From contig NC_043006.1 of assembly GCF_006345805.1 (NCBI RefSeq), forward strand, positions 66,836,001 through 66,900,000: DNA of 64,000 nt, given 5' to 3'. Position 1 is the stretch's first letter. The number at the start of each line of letters is the position of its first letter. This document shows, piece after piece, positions 52,427 through 64,000 of the stretch. The stretch is from Octopus sinensis (lineage: Eukaryota). Below the pieces are notes generated by a model. The model had not been told where the DNA came from. It saw only the letters and a list, made by a program, of their open reading frames with translations, and made no database searches. A program made the translations under genes and the position numbers.

Positions 52427-52610
52427 TACCTAATAGATATGTACCTTATATATAGATACACGTACATGTATATATTTTGTATATATATATATATGTATAT
52501 TTTGTATATGTACGTGCATATATTTTGCATATAATATATATATATATATATTTAGATAGATAGATAGATACTTACATATAGGTATATGTACATATAAATA
52601 TGTAGATTTA

Positions 52611-52664
<54 letters not shown>

Positions 52665-52981
52665 TTATATGTGTGTGTATATATGTAGGTATACATAATA
52701 TATGCATATTTATAACATATACACATACTTTCATGCATCTATACCTACCTACCTATCTATCTACCTTCATAGATACAAACACACATACATACATATACAC
52801 ATGCACACACACATACATATATACTCACATACATACATATATACATACATACATATATACATATACACACACGTACATATATACATGCACACATATATAC
52901 ATGCATACATATATACATGCATACATAGATATATACACACATATATACACACGCAAACACATACAGATATACATACAGACA

Positions 52982-53012
<31 letters not shown>

Positions 53013-53742
53013 CATATACATGCATGCACACACAAACATACATACATTCATACAGACGTGCATACATACATACATACATACATACATGCATATATACAGA
53101 CATACACACATATATACACACATATATACACACATAATACATACATGCATACATATACATACGTGTGTACGTACATAAAACCACTGCCAGTTGTATGTTG
53201 GAAAGTAATAACATCACATGACGAGAATTAAGCAAAGTCTGCGTTAGAAGTTTAGATAAGTTAAATAAATAGATTACTTGAAGAATTTAACATTGGTAAT
53301 AAAATATTATTAATAGGTCTAGGAAGGCCCCGAGAGAGTGAGAAAGAGAGAGGGAGAGACATAGAAGGATAGAAAGAGACGCAGAGAGAAAGAGAGAAGA
53401 TGGGAGGTGGAGGGGGAGTAACAATGAAAGAGAACGAATGGCGGACACTAGTAACGGTCAATGGAATTTCCATTGCTTCTAAGAGCAGATTCGAACGGCC
53501 GTTTCGTCTGGATGTAAATAAATATTCTACAGCCAAGGCAGATGACTAAACGCCATTTCTTCCAAAAATTACAACCACCACCACCACCACCATCATCATC
53601 ACCACCACCATCATCAACTCCACTAACACTATCATCACCACATCATCACCACCACCATCATCACCACTACCACCAACACTACAACCATAATCACCACTAC
53701 CACCACCATCATCATTACAACCACCACTATCACCACCACAAC

Positions 53743-53975
53743 CTATTTCTTTATTACCCACAAGGGGCTAAACTTAGAGGGGACAAACAAGGACAGACAT
53801 AGGTATTAAGTCGATTACATCGACCCCAGTGCAGAACTGGTACTTAATTTATCGACCCCGAAAGGATGAAAGGCAAAGTCAACCTCGGCGGAATTTGAAC
53901 TCACAACGTAACGGCAGACGAAATACCGCTAAGCATTTCGCCCGGCGTGCTAACGTTTCTGCCAGCTCGCCGCCT
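53743..53975 (-). mobile_element. Full-length SINE embedded in (CAC/CAT)n
   Basis: Head ggcggcgagctggcagaaacgttagcacgccggg...gagttcaaattcc, tail gtgggtaataaagaaatag. Confidence 0.88.
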
Positions 53976-54670
53976 TTATTACCACTACCACCACCACCAC
54001 TATCATTACCGCCATCACCATCACTACCATCATCATCACCAAATCACCACTACCACCACAATCATCACCACTACCACCACCACTACCACCACCATTATCA
54101 CCGCTACCACCACCACCACCACCACTATCATTACCACCATCACCATCGCCACCATCATCATCACCAAATCACCACCACCACCCCCGTTTATTTTTTTCCG
54201 CGTGTAAAAAGTTGTTTTGTTGCGTTTGTGGTGGTTGTTGTTATTCTTGATGTTGGTGGTGATGATTATAATGACAGCGGTGGTTGTGGTGGACGTGGTG
54301 GTGGTGTTTGCTGCAGCTGTTATGAAGCTTGTTGATGTTTTTGTTGGTGTTGTTGTTGTGGTGGTAGTGATGGTGATGGTGTTGGTGATGGTGGTTGTAG
54401 TAGTAGTAATGGTATGGTGGTACTGGTGGTGATTGTAGTGGTTGCTGTGCCTGTTGATGTCTTTGTGGAGGTGGTGGTGTTGGTGGTTTTTGCGGTGATT
54501 GTAGCGGTTGTGTTCGTTGATATTTTTGTTGTTGTTGTGGTGGTGGTGGTGGTGGTGGCGATCGTCGTCGTCGTGATGGTGATGGTAGTAGTGGCCGTGC
54601 TGCTGCTGTTGCCGATTGATATCTTTTAATCCCAGGTCAACCGAAATCTACTCTAGGCACAAGGCGTGTG

Positions 54671-54701
<31 letters not shown>

Positions 54702-54919
54702 CTGCATGCGTGTGTATACATGTATATATCACTACCATCACCAACACCACCAGTGTTCACCATCATTATTATCATCAGCAACATCATCATCGTTATCACC
54801 ATCACCATCATCATCATCATCATTGTGATCATTATTTCTCTCTGTCTCCCTCTCCCTCTCCCTCTCTGTCTGTCTCTCTCTCTCTCTGTATATATATATA
54901 GATATATGATTGATAGCTT

Positions 54920-55085
54920 GCCGCTACACATTTTTTATTTTCTCTCCTTATTTCTTTCTGTGCTCCTTTCTGTGGAAGAGAGCAGGCTCGACTCGAAACG
55001 TTAAAGACATTTTCACATCCCAAGCGTTAAAACTAATACATCTGTTTGTTGTTTACACCACCTGTCTTCATCTTTTGTTTTTTAT
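54920..55085 (+). mobile_element. PLE pLTR fragment with CTGTGGA hammerhead-like motif at 54966-55006
   Basis: cttt-CTGTGGA-a-GAG...CTC-GAAA-CG-TT-aaag. Confidence 0.65.
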
Positions 55086-55094
55086 GTGATTTCT

Positions 55095-55134
<40 letters not shown>

Positions 55135-55280
55135 TCAGATATAAATACACACACATATATATATATATACTCATATATATATATATATATACACATATAT
55201 ATACATATATATACATATACATACATATACATATATATATATACATATATATACATATATATATATATACACACACACAC

Positions 55281-55312
<32 letters not shown>

Positions 55313-56162
55313 ACATATATATATACACACACACACACACACAGACATGCAGGAAGTAAATAGACACCCTAAATTTTCAAAGTTTCTGATCTAAGCGCCT
55401 GAACATTTTTTCAGCAGTGTAGAATTTACAATGTAAATTTTCTTTTTCATTCCAGGTGCCATTATATTAAACATTTGCGAAGAGTATCTATGCCACCCAC
55501 AAAAAAATTCAGCAGAGCAGTCAGATTTTCAAAGATGTCGTATTGTTGGGTAGCCTGAGGCTGGTCTTAGCCTGCGAAAAATTGCCGAAAATCTTCAAAT
55601 TCTCCTAGCTACTGTTAATAGAATTATAGTGCAATTCAAAAGCCAAAGAAAAGAATCAACAGATTCTCGTCCCGGCCGACCTGGGCCCTCGGAAAGGAAG
55701 CTTCGCTATTTGAAGAGAGCTGTGGAAAACGAACCCCGTTCGAAGGCTTCTTACATTGCAAAACAGCTAGAAGTTAGTCCAAGAACGTGTGTTACATATC
55801 TGCATAAGCTTGTGTATTATGGACGAGTAGCTAGAAGAAAACCTCTCCTTCAACAAATTAATATCATGAAAAGAAAGAAATGGACTAAAGAGATGTCAGA
55901 AAAATCCAGTTCATTTTGGGATAGAGTGATTTTCTCCGATGAATACAGATTTGCATTACTTTCACACATTGGACGTGTTTGGGTCTGGAGGCTTCCCAAT
56001 CAAGATTTCCCGGCTGCAACCAACTGTAAAACCTGGTGATATCTCGATAATGGTATGGGGAGCTATCACCAGCAATGGTCGTTCTGAGCTGATCGAATGT
56101 TTTGGAATCATAAACTCTGAAAAATACATCGAAATACTTAAGCAAGAACTATTTCCGATATA

Positions 56163-56612
56163 ATAGTTATCGCCATACTAATATGGCATTCTTATAAAAA
56201 TAAGAAAAAAGCTGTCCGCTTATTAGCTCCATGAGGCCATCGCCTTAAGTTAGCTATTTGATACACAAACTGTATCCATATAACCTTCGAACAAGGGAGG
56301 TCAGTCGCTCCACACTACTTGACCGGCAGCTACAGACGCGTTTCGGGGTATTGCCCCTTTTCAATGCAGCGTAGCCAGCCAGTAGGTGTCGCTTCCGACA
56401 ATCTCTGTTCGAAGGTTATATGGATACAGTTTGTGTATCAAATAGCTAACTTAAGGCGATGGCCTCATGGAGCTAATAAGCGGACAGCTTTTTTCTTATT
56501 TTTATAAGAATGCCATATTAGTATGGCGATAACTATTATTTTCCGGGAACGCTGCCGCTGTTCTCTTTTAGAGAGACTTAGTTATTTTAATATTTCTATT
56601 ATTTCCGATATA
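56163..56612 (-). mobile_element. Non-coding fold-back insert with a 13-bp TSD carrying a hammerhead (PLE-type)
   Basis: TSD tatttccgatata at 56150-56162 and 56600-56612. ~130-bp near-identical inverted arms. Removing the insert restores the Tc1 frame (ELFPIYSHDNITKNEFLFMEDGAP). Confidence 0.9.
56329..56370 (-). ncRNA. Hammerhead ribozyme, U3-A8 core variant
   Basis: GCTGCA-TTGAAAA-GGGG-caata-CCCC-GAAA-CGCG-TC-TGTAGC. Confidence 0.82.
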
Positions 56613-57663
56613 TTCACACGATAACATAACGAAAAATGAGTTTTTATTCATGGAAGATGGGGCTCCATGTCACACACCGAAAAAGAATCAACAATGGCTG
56701 ACTGAAAATGAAATCAAAAAGGTTCCTTGACCGAGACAAACTCCTGATATGAACCCAATTGAAAATCTTTGGATTATACTAGATAGAGCTATACAAAAAA
56801 ACTCGAGAGAAACCTAAATCTAAAGATGAATTGTTTCGATTGTTGCGTCAAAATTGGGGAGAAATTCCACAAGCGACAATCACAAAGTTCATCAGTTAAA
56901 TGCCAAAAAGAGTTTCTGAATTAAAAACTGCAAAGTGAATTTCAACTAAATGCTGAAGTATGTAGTCCTTCCTATAAATTACATCTCAATTGTTCGCTTT
57001 GCGAATTATATAAGATTTTGAAAATTATAGGTGTCTGTTTACTTCCTGTATGTCTTTGTATATATATGTATATATATATATGAAACGGATACCCCTGCGT
57101 TGTTCTTATATGTATTTTCCCTCTCTCTACAATACATTGACACTGCCACCTAAACCGTATATTTTGGGGGCTGTTTGAAGGATGTGTCTTTCTAACATCC
57201 ATCATATTGCCCATTTCCCCATATCGCGTCAGCCTCTTACCACCTCTCCGTCTCCCTCCCTTTCCTTCTCCCTCTCTCACTTTCTCAAACCAATGAAACA
57301 TTATATTGTGTAATCCGTAGTAGCATCAAATAAACTTTGCCAGTATTCTATATATATAAAATATTCGCTCTTTTTTCCCCTTCAGGCGCATTTCGACGCC
57401 GGCTTATTTTGAATCTAGATATTAGGGTATTTTAATATTATATTCATAAAGTCATATTTTATTGACAAACGCTAAGATTTTACGAAATTTATGGTCAAAA
57501 TCGGGCTGGCTTCGTGAACCAGTCGGTAATATTTGGGTAGCTGAGCGAACTGGATGTTAAAATTTTGGCAGAACATTAGGGTATCTCTAACGTTCGACCG
57601 TACATAATGTGCAGGTAGATAAGGTAGAGAAATTGATAGACATGTATATATATATATATATAT

Positions 57664-57717
<54 letters not shown>

Positions 57718-58638
57718 TATATATATATTATATATATTACATACACGAACGATCTATATATACGGTTATATATATATATATATAAGGAGAGAGTGAGAGA
57801 GTGATAAATAGATACATATACATATACATATGTATACACATACACGCATGTGTTAATGTGTGTTTGTAATGTGTGTGTGAGTGTGCGCATGTGTGTATAT
57901 GGATATATGCTCTGACAGATAATAGATACATGCAGAACAGAAATAAATATTTACATACACACAAAAAGAAAACAAAAACACATACAACACATGCGCACGC
58001 ACACAGACACTCAGTGGCATACATCCACACACATGCATCCACGCAGTTACTCACACCTGCACACGCAAACACACACACACACACATACACACACTATATA
58101 TGTATACAAATACTATGTTTATGTTCACATGTGTGGGCTTGTCTGTAAACGTGTTTATGCGTAAACAAGAAGTATATAATTTAAAGCACGTGGATGTGAA
58201 TATATAAGTTTCCATTCGGCTATATGTAGGCCCTGTAAAATGTACTGAAGTATGAAATTTCGAGAAAATGAAACTGTTGTATGTATATTGGCTGAAATGA
58301 AGCGAAAAATAAGTAGTTATGTTATGAGGTATAATATTAATTCATTCTACACTCACAAACAGAAATATGCTTAACTCTGGTGTATATATATATATATATA
58401 TGTATGTATATGTATGTATGTATATATGTATATATACATATATATATGTATACATATATATATATATATATATGCATATATATATACATATATATATATG
58501 TATACATATATATATATATATGTATACATATATATATACATATATATGTATACATATATATATATGTTCATAATATATATATATATATATATATAGATAC
58601 ATATATATATATATAGATACATATATATATATAGATAC

Positions 58639-58670
<32 letters not shown>

Positions 58671-58949
58671 TATATATATTACATATATATATATACAAAT
58701 AAATATATAGTAAATATATGTATATATCTGTACACCACTTCAAAATTTCTATACACGCATATATATGCATATACATACATATATATATATACCTGTGTAA
58801 GTCATACTTGTATATATATAAATATATGCACACTCATGCACACGCACACACAAGTAATGACGCCGGGTAGAATAAAATATTGAATCTAAACACCCATAAA
58901 CGCTTATATATATTCACAATTTATAAAATTTGTTCACTAGTTTTTATTA

Positions 58950-59030
58950 TCGCAACTGTCTGATGGCCGGTAACGTGAAACTCTGAATAACAGAGGGTGG
59001 AGTTTAGCTTGACTGTAATAAAAAAACACG
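58950..59030 (+). mobile_element. PLE pLTR fragment with decayed hammerhead at 58955-58993
   Basis: CTGT-CTGATGG-cc-ggtaac-gt-GAAA-CTCtGAA-TA-ACAG. Confidence 0.5.
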
Positions 59031-59055
59031 TCATATATATATATATATATATATA

Positions 59056-59747
59056 TCAGGTTGGCAATTAAGTTTCCACGGTTTTTTAAAATTTTGGAAT
59101 TTCTTGCCTTTTTGAATTTTGGAATCTATTTTGTTTTTTGGGGTTTTTTTCTAGTTAATTTTAGTTAATCTTCGTTTATTTTCAGATCATTAAAATGGAA
59201 TGTCAAGTTAAGAATAACGATTATTTTCGACACCTCCTTTTTGCTTTTACTCAGGGTTCTAAGGCCGCAATAGCTGCTCGCGACATTTATTGCTGTGTAT
59301 GGAGAGGGTGCCATAGCTGAAAGAACTGCTCGCGATCGGTATGCCAAGTTCAAAAATGGAAATTTTGACCTCAAAGACGCACCTCGTTCTGGCCGCCCAG
59401 TTGAGTTCGATGAAATGTGATTAAACCAACTTTGCACAAAAATTCTCATCAAAGCAACAAGCAGAGAGAATAGAATGCTCCCACACTGCTATAGAGAAGC
59501 ATCTTTACTCGATGTGAAAAGTACAGAAGTATGGAGCATGGTTCCGCATGCTTTAAGTGACAACAACAAAATTCAATGACCCACATTTCCGCTGGTTTGC
59601 TTGCTCGTCACCACTCAACTCATGGACACAAGCAACGATTTCTTTACCAAATCGTTACTGGCGACGTAAAATGGTGTCTGTACATGCGACACCGCGCGTT
59701 AAACAAGATCTTCATCCGCGTAAAACGATGTTGTGCGTATGTTGGTC
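59056..59747 (+). mobile_element. 5' half of a decayed mariner
   Basis: TA-tcaggttggcaattaag terminus. Motifs KFKNGNFDLKDAPRSGRPVEFDE and RFLYQIVTGDVKWCLY. Confidence 0.85.
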
Positions 59748-59760
59748 TTACCATTTTTAT

Positions 59761-59801
<41 letters not shown>

Positions 59802-59867
59802 TATATATGCATATATATATTTATATTATCATATATTCTACTTGATCTACTGCGTATCTTACTTAAG

Positions 59868-59948
59868 ATCGAAAATGCTTCGTGGTCATTCGACCTTTCT
59901 CACGGTCAGTTTCATCCAGTTCACACGTTCCTGGTGTTTTTACAGGAG
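59868..59948 (+). other. Candidate 81-nt in-frame exon of an unidentified host gene
   Basis: cttacttaag|ATC...CAGGAG|gtaagt, open as IENASWSFDLSHGQFHPVHTFLVFLQE. I do not recognise the peptide. Confidence 0.25.
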
Positions 59949-61279
59949 GTAAGTTATATTCCCATAATCTTATTCGCATTGTTACCTTGTCCTGTATTGT
60001 AATTATTAAAGATGCAGAAGAGGGCAATCTTGCAGTAAATTAAATATTGTTGAAAACGCATTAACACCTTACCCAACAACGTGCAAGTTCCAGCCAGCGT
60101 GTTTGTGAAATGCGTGTGGCTCTATCATGTACAGGAGAGGAGAAAGATAGTTGTCTTGCCTTCAGGTATACAAATATACACTGCAAGCATTCTCTGTTAC
60201 CTACTCTTAATTCCTCTTGCGCATTCTTTTACAGCCTCTAATTTTTTTCTGATCATCGCTCACGTTTTCTCTCATCTATCTACCATCTCGAAATACCTCA
60301 CATCTCGATTCTTTTGTTCGGATTAGCAATAACACCAATTTATTTTTGCATGTAAATTCGAAAGTTAATACAGTTTTCTTTTTTCGTTCTATTATAAAAT
60401 CTCTCATATATAAAATTTGTCCTTAAGTTTCTGTCACACTCGTATTTTCCGCCCTCATATTTAAACTTGTAATGACCGCTATGTCGATGAAGTTTACCAC
60501 CACTAGCGCTTGCATAAAAGTGGTTATATATTATTATGTATTCGAATTTAAGTGCGCCGAAACTACCCTGATTCTGAAGTAGATGGCTGGCGAGAGGCGT
60601 TTTATGCCTGATCTCATTTCCTCTATTTTCCCTCTCGTTTCATATGCATGTATTTATGTATGTATGTATGTATGTATGTATGTATGTATGTATGTATGTA
60701 TGTATGTATGTATGTATGTATGTATATATTTATGTATGTATGCATGTATGTATATTAATTACTCGACAGAAGTTGGAGAGAGACCCAACAGCAGAGAATT
60801 TCATGAACTGGCATTTATCAATGATTCAGAACCAAGAATTTTGTGCATTGGCACTTACCGGATTCATTTCGTGCTTGATAAATACCGGTGTACGAAACTC
60901 TTTCCTCTCGAGCAACTCAATAACTTCCCCTATTCCCCAAGTAACATAAGAACATATCTGGCTTAATAATTTGAGGTTATTCAACTTGTTAATGAGCCTC
61001 AAAATTTCGCTTAAATAACAGGTAATATATCCTGATACCCAACGATTAGGCTGCAAGTTCCCTCAATATAGAAATTCCTAGAGTTCAAGAAGAAATGTGA
61101 ATGCTTGCAGCGTATATTTCTTCACTTGAATGCAAGGCAACCATCTTTCTCCTCTCATGTACATGATGTAGACAGTTAATATCACTACTTATGACATTTC
61201 ACACACGCTGGTTCGAATTTGCCCCAATACTTACTTTACAGTAACGCTGTCCTCTTCTGCCTCTTTTTGAATTAAAATA

Positions 61280-61843
61280 TTGCGTTGTCCGGAAAGTTCT
61301 GCTGATTTTTAAAGGAAAGAAAAAGGTCAATAAATAATTGCTATTACATTTTTAATCAATCAAATATGAACCATTTTGTTGTACAATGCGTCTCCATCTT
61401 TCCTTTAAATGGAAAATACCCTCTTCCCAGAATTGAGGTGGTTTCGTGGCGAAGAATTCATCAGGGTATCTTTTTATGTCATCCAAGGAATTGAAAGTTT
61501 TACCATTAAGATTATTCTGCAGAGACCTGAATAAATGGAAATCCGAAGGGGCAATATCTGGTGAATATGGAGGGCAGAGTAACACATCCCAGCCGAGCTG
61601 CAGCAATTTTTGTCTGGTTCCCAAAGCATCAAGTGCCGAAAATGAACTTTCTTATCTTCATTTTAAAGGGTTACAGAATTAATACGGGTTATAGGAACAT
61701 AAATCTCCTTCCACGAAAAGACAGCTTAAACTATGCTCTAAATGGAGGTATTGTCAAATCCTATTTTATGGGCTCAACCATGTTCTAAAATACGTCGAAA
61801 GTTAAGCTACTATAAATCGGCACGAACTTTCCGGTCAACCCAA
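61280..61843 (-). mobile_element. Internally deleted mariner, 564 bp, both TIRs present
   Basis: TA-ttgcgttgtccggaaagttc / gaactttccggtcaacccaa-TA. C-terminus PPYSPDIAPSDFHLFRSLQN...RWRRIVQQNGSYLID. Confidence 0.9.
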
Positions 61844-62278
61844 TATATTTCAAAGCGGATGTGAGATGACAGTCGCTGCAGCTAAAACAGTGTGTTCCTC
61901 TAACATGTGTTAAGTTATACACAGTAAACACGCTCAAGGTTATATTTTTTTTCCGCTTCGATTTTCAGATTGAATATCTGCTCCATATATTACTCCTTTT
62001 GTCAAGTATTTTCTCGTAGTGGCTCTATATAAATTGTATTAGAGTTGGATTGTTGGTGTTGTTTCAATGGATTTCTAGTTGCGGAGCGAGATTTAAAATC
62101 CGGTGTGACTCTGAAACTATAATATAATTTTCATGACGAAGTTGTGATATCAGGAAACGCTCACTGAACAGTGTAAAGAAAACCATTGCAGCATTTTTCA
62201 CTACACACACACGCACACGTACACATATACATAAATATATGCATGATGTATATATGTATGTATGTATGTGTATATATA

Positions 62279-62316
<38 letters not shown>

Positions 62317-62832
62317 CGAGAGAGAGAATGTTAAAATTATTCTTTACAAGTAGGGAGACATGGGAAAATAACAGGAAGAAAATACGTTTATCCTCTTATA
62401 TTGCAGTGAATTAATTCCAAAATATATTATTACAGTCAAATCATTTCAGAATACAATAATATGCATTGAAAAACAGATTATCACAATCAAATTATTTCAA
62501 AAGACATTATTAGATATTCCGAAATAGCATATCATATCCAAAATACGATTCTACAATCGAATCATTTCAAGATTACGGATACCACTGTACATTCAGATCA
62601 TTTCAAAATACCTTATTAAATTCTTCAAAGTTCATAATTACACAGATACATCAAAGTAAATAATTTCAAACCGGTTTCACTTCTTACAGAAGATATTAAT
62701 TGCAATATACGTGTGTAATGGCTTGCTACTGGCCTTCATTTAATATAGAGAAAGTCTGCCGGAAGTAGCCTCGTTATATACTCATTATATATTATATACA
62801 CACACATACAAGCATACATGATTGTATACACA

Positions 62833-62873
<41 letters not shown>

Positions 62874-62896
62874 ATATATATATATATATGCGAGAA

Positions 62897-62994
62897 GAAA
62901 ATGGAGGACAAACAACAAACAGAAGTGTGTCTTTTGCGCTAGTAAGCCATTAGCGCAAAAAACACACTTCTGTTTGTTGTTTGTCCTCCATTTC
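62897..62994. repeat. Hairpin with ~45-bp near-perfect arms and a 9-nt loop, probably PLE tail-derived
   Basis: gaaaatggaggacaaacaacaaacagaagtgtgtcttttgcgcta pairs with tagcgcaaaaaacacacttctgtttgttgtttgtcctccatttc. Confidence 0.9.
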
Positions 62995-63479
62995 TTTCCT
63001 CATATATATAAATTAAACTACGGTTACCCACTAAATTACCTGCTGCCGCATACATTTTACCAAGGAATGTACCCACTGAAGTAATTACCAGAAGTGCCTT
63101 TGGATATATCTCTCCCTTAGAGGCTTTAAACTCTAGAGTCATGTAACTTTACGTCCCTTACCCATGTCTTCAACTTTATATCGTAATAAGAACGCCCCTT
63201 CCCCATTCATGATTTTAGTTTATAGATACAGTGGTTTTGCGTGCGAACTACATTGCGTATGAATATGTGTACATGCATTTGTGTGTATATTTTAGCTTTA
63301 TATTTATACGTCTCTATATGTATGTGGTCTGCACGAATCTATCTGTGTATGTTGATGTATATATGTATAGTTTTATATGAATATGTACTGCCGTGTAATA
63401 TTTTAATGTATTTTAACATTTTAATTTCAATTTCCATGTATTAATTATATTTCCTTTATTAATGTAAGGTTTTTCCTCG

Positions 63480-63725
63480 AATTTTATAATTTTTATATAT
63501 TTATATATATATTTTTTGAGCTCATTTTTGTTTATCGCTCGAAAATTGACCGTTATTTTTTAAAGGACCAATCAAACAAGTCCATTTTTTAAAGGTGTAG
63601 CGTTTATACTAGTCTGGATAGAATTGACATATCGGTTCTATTCTAGCAAAAACTGTCCTATGAACGGCAACGTGAAACTCAGAGTAACAGGTTTTGTTGA
63701 ATTTTCTGCTGATTTAAATAAAGTA
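63480..63725 (+). mobile_element. PLE pLTR fragment with decayed hammerhead at 63653-63690
   Basis: CTGT-CCTATGA-AC-ggcaac-GT-GAAA-CTCaGAG-TA-ACAG. Confidence 0.55.
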
Positions 63726-63865
63726 TAGATATAGATAGATACATACATACATACATACATACATACATACATACATACATACATACATACATACATACAT
63801 ACGTACATATATATATATATGTATGTATATGTACATGTATATGTATATACATATGTATGTACATA

Positions 63866-63910
<45 letters not shown>

Positions 63911-64000
63911 ATGTGTGTGCTTGTGTGCATAGGCATATGTATATGCTCGCATATATTTATATGTGTGTCTATGTATATAATATATATTTTTTGTTTGTAT

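Larger units (their letters stand above)
55340..57058 (+). mobile_element. Tc1 (DD34E) transposon, decayed, interrupted by a 450-bp insert
   Basis: ~55-bp TIRs (cacagacatgcaggaagtaaatagacacc / ggtgtctgtttacttcctgtatgtctttg-TA). Motifs ARRKPLL, WDRVIFSDE, FMEDGAPCHT and PDMNPIENLW. Confidence 0.92.

Noticed and set aside
59946-59948. 3-nt microexon tttttacag|GAG|gtaagt
   Set aside because: Equally explained as the end of the 81-nt candidate exon or as chance. No supporting evidence available.

Overview
This is AT-rich, microsatellite-saturated eukaryotic non-coding DNA, about 64 kb. The SINE families and the (TA)n/(TAGA)n density suggest a coleoid cephalopod such as Octopus; that is an inference, not a database match. 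I cannot recognise any host protein-coding gene with confidence, and almost all long ORFs in the track are translated microsatellites. The window holds the following. (1) A near full-length Neptune-type Penelope-like element (PLE; RT plus GIY-YIG) with direct and inverted pLTRs and a mariner inserted in its 5' pLTR. (2) Many short PLE pLTR fragments and fold-backs, together carrying about 19 hammerhead-ribozyme-like motifs from about 8 families, including A3-U8, U3-A8, U4C and A6U core variants. (3) Two CR1-type LINEs, an RTE 3' end, several mariner/Tc1 elements, a long-TIR element with an 8-bp TSD, a hAT-like MITE and many tRNA-derived SINEs. (4) The best candidate for an undescribed system, at 32.0-39.0 kb: diverged copies of a retroelement that encodes only an L1/Tx1-type ORF1 protein and no RT. 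Two copies sit in tandem inside the split tRNA-like head of a SINE, with a ~13-bp target duplication at every junction. This looks like a SINE-targeting, ORF1-only hyperparasite. All coordinates, alignments and RNA folds were done by eye and need computational confirmation.
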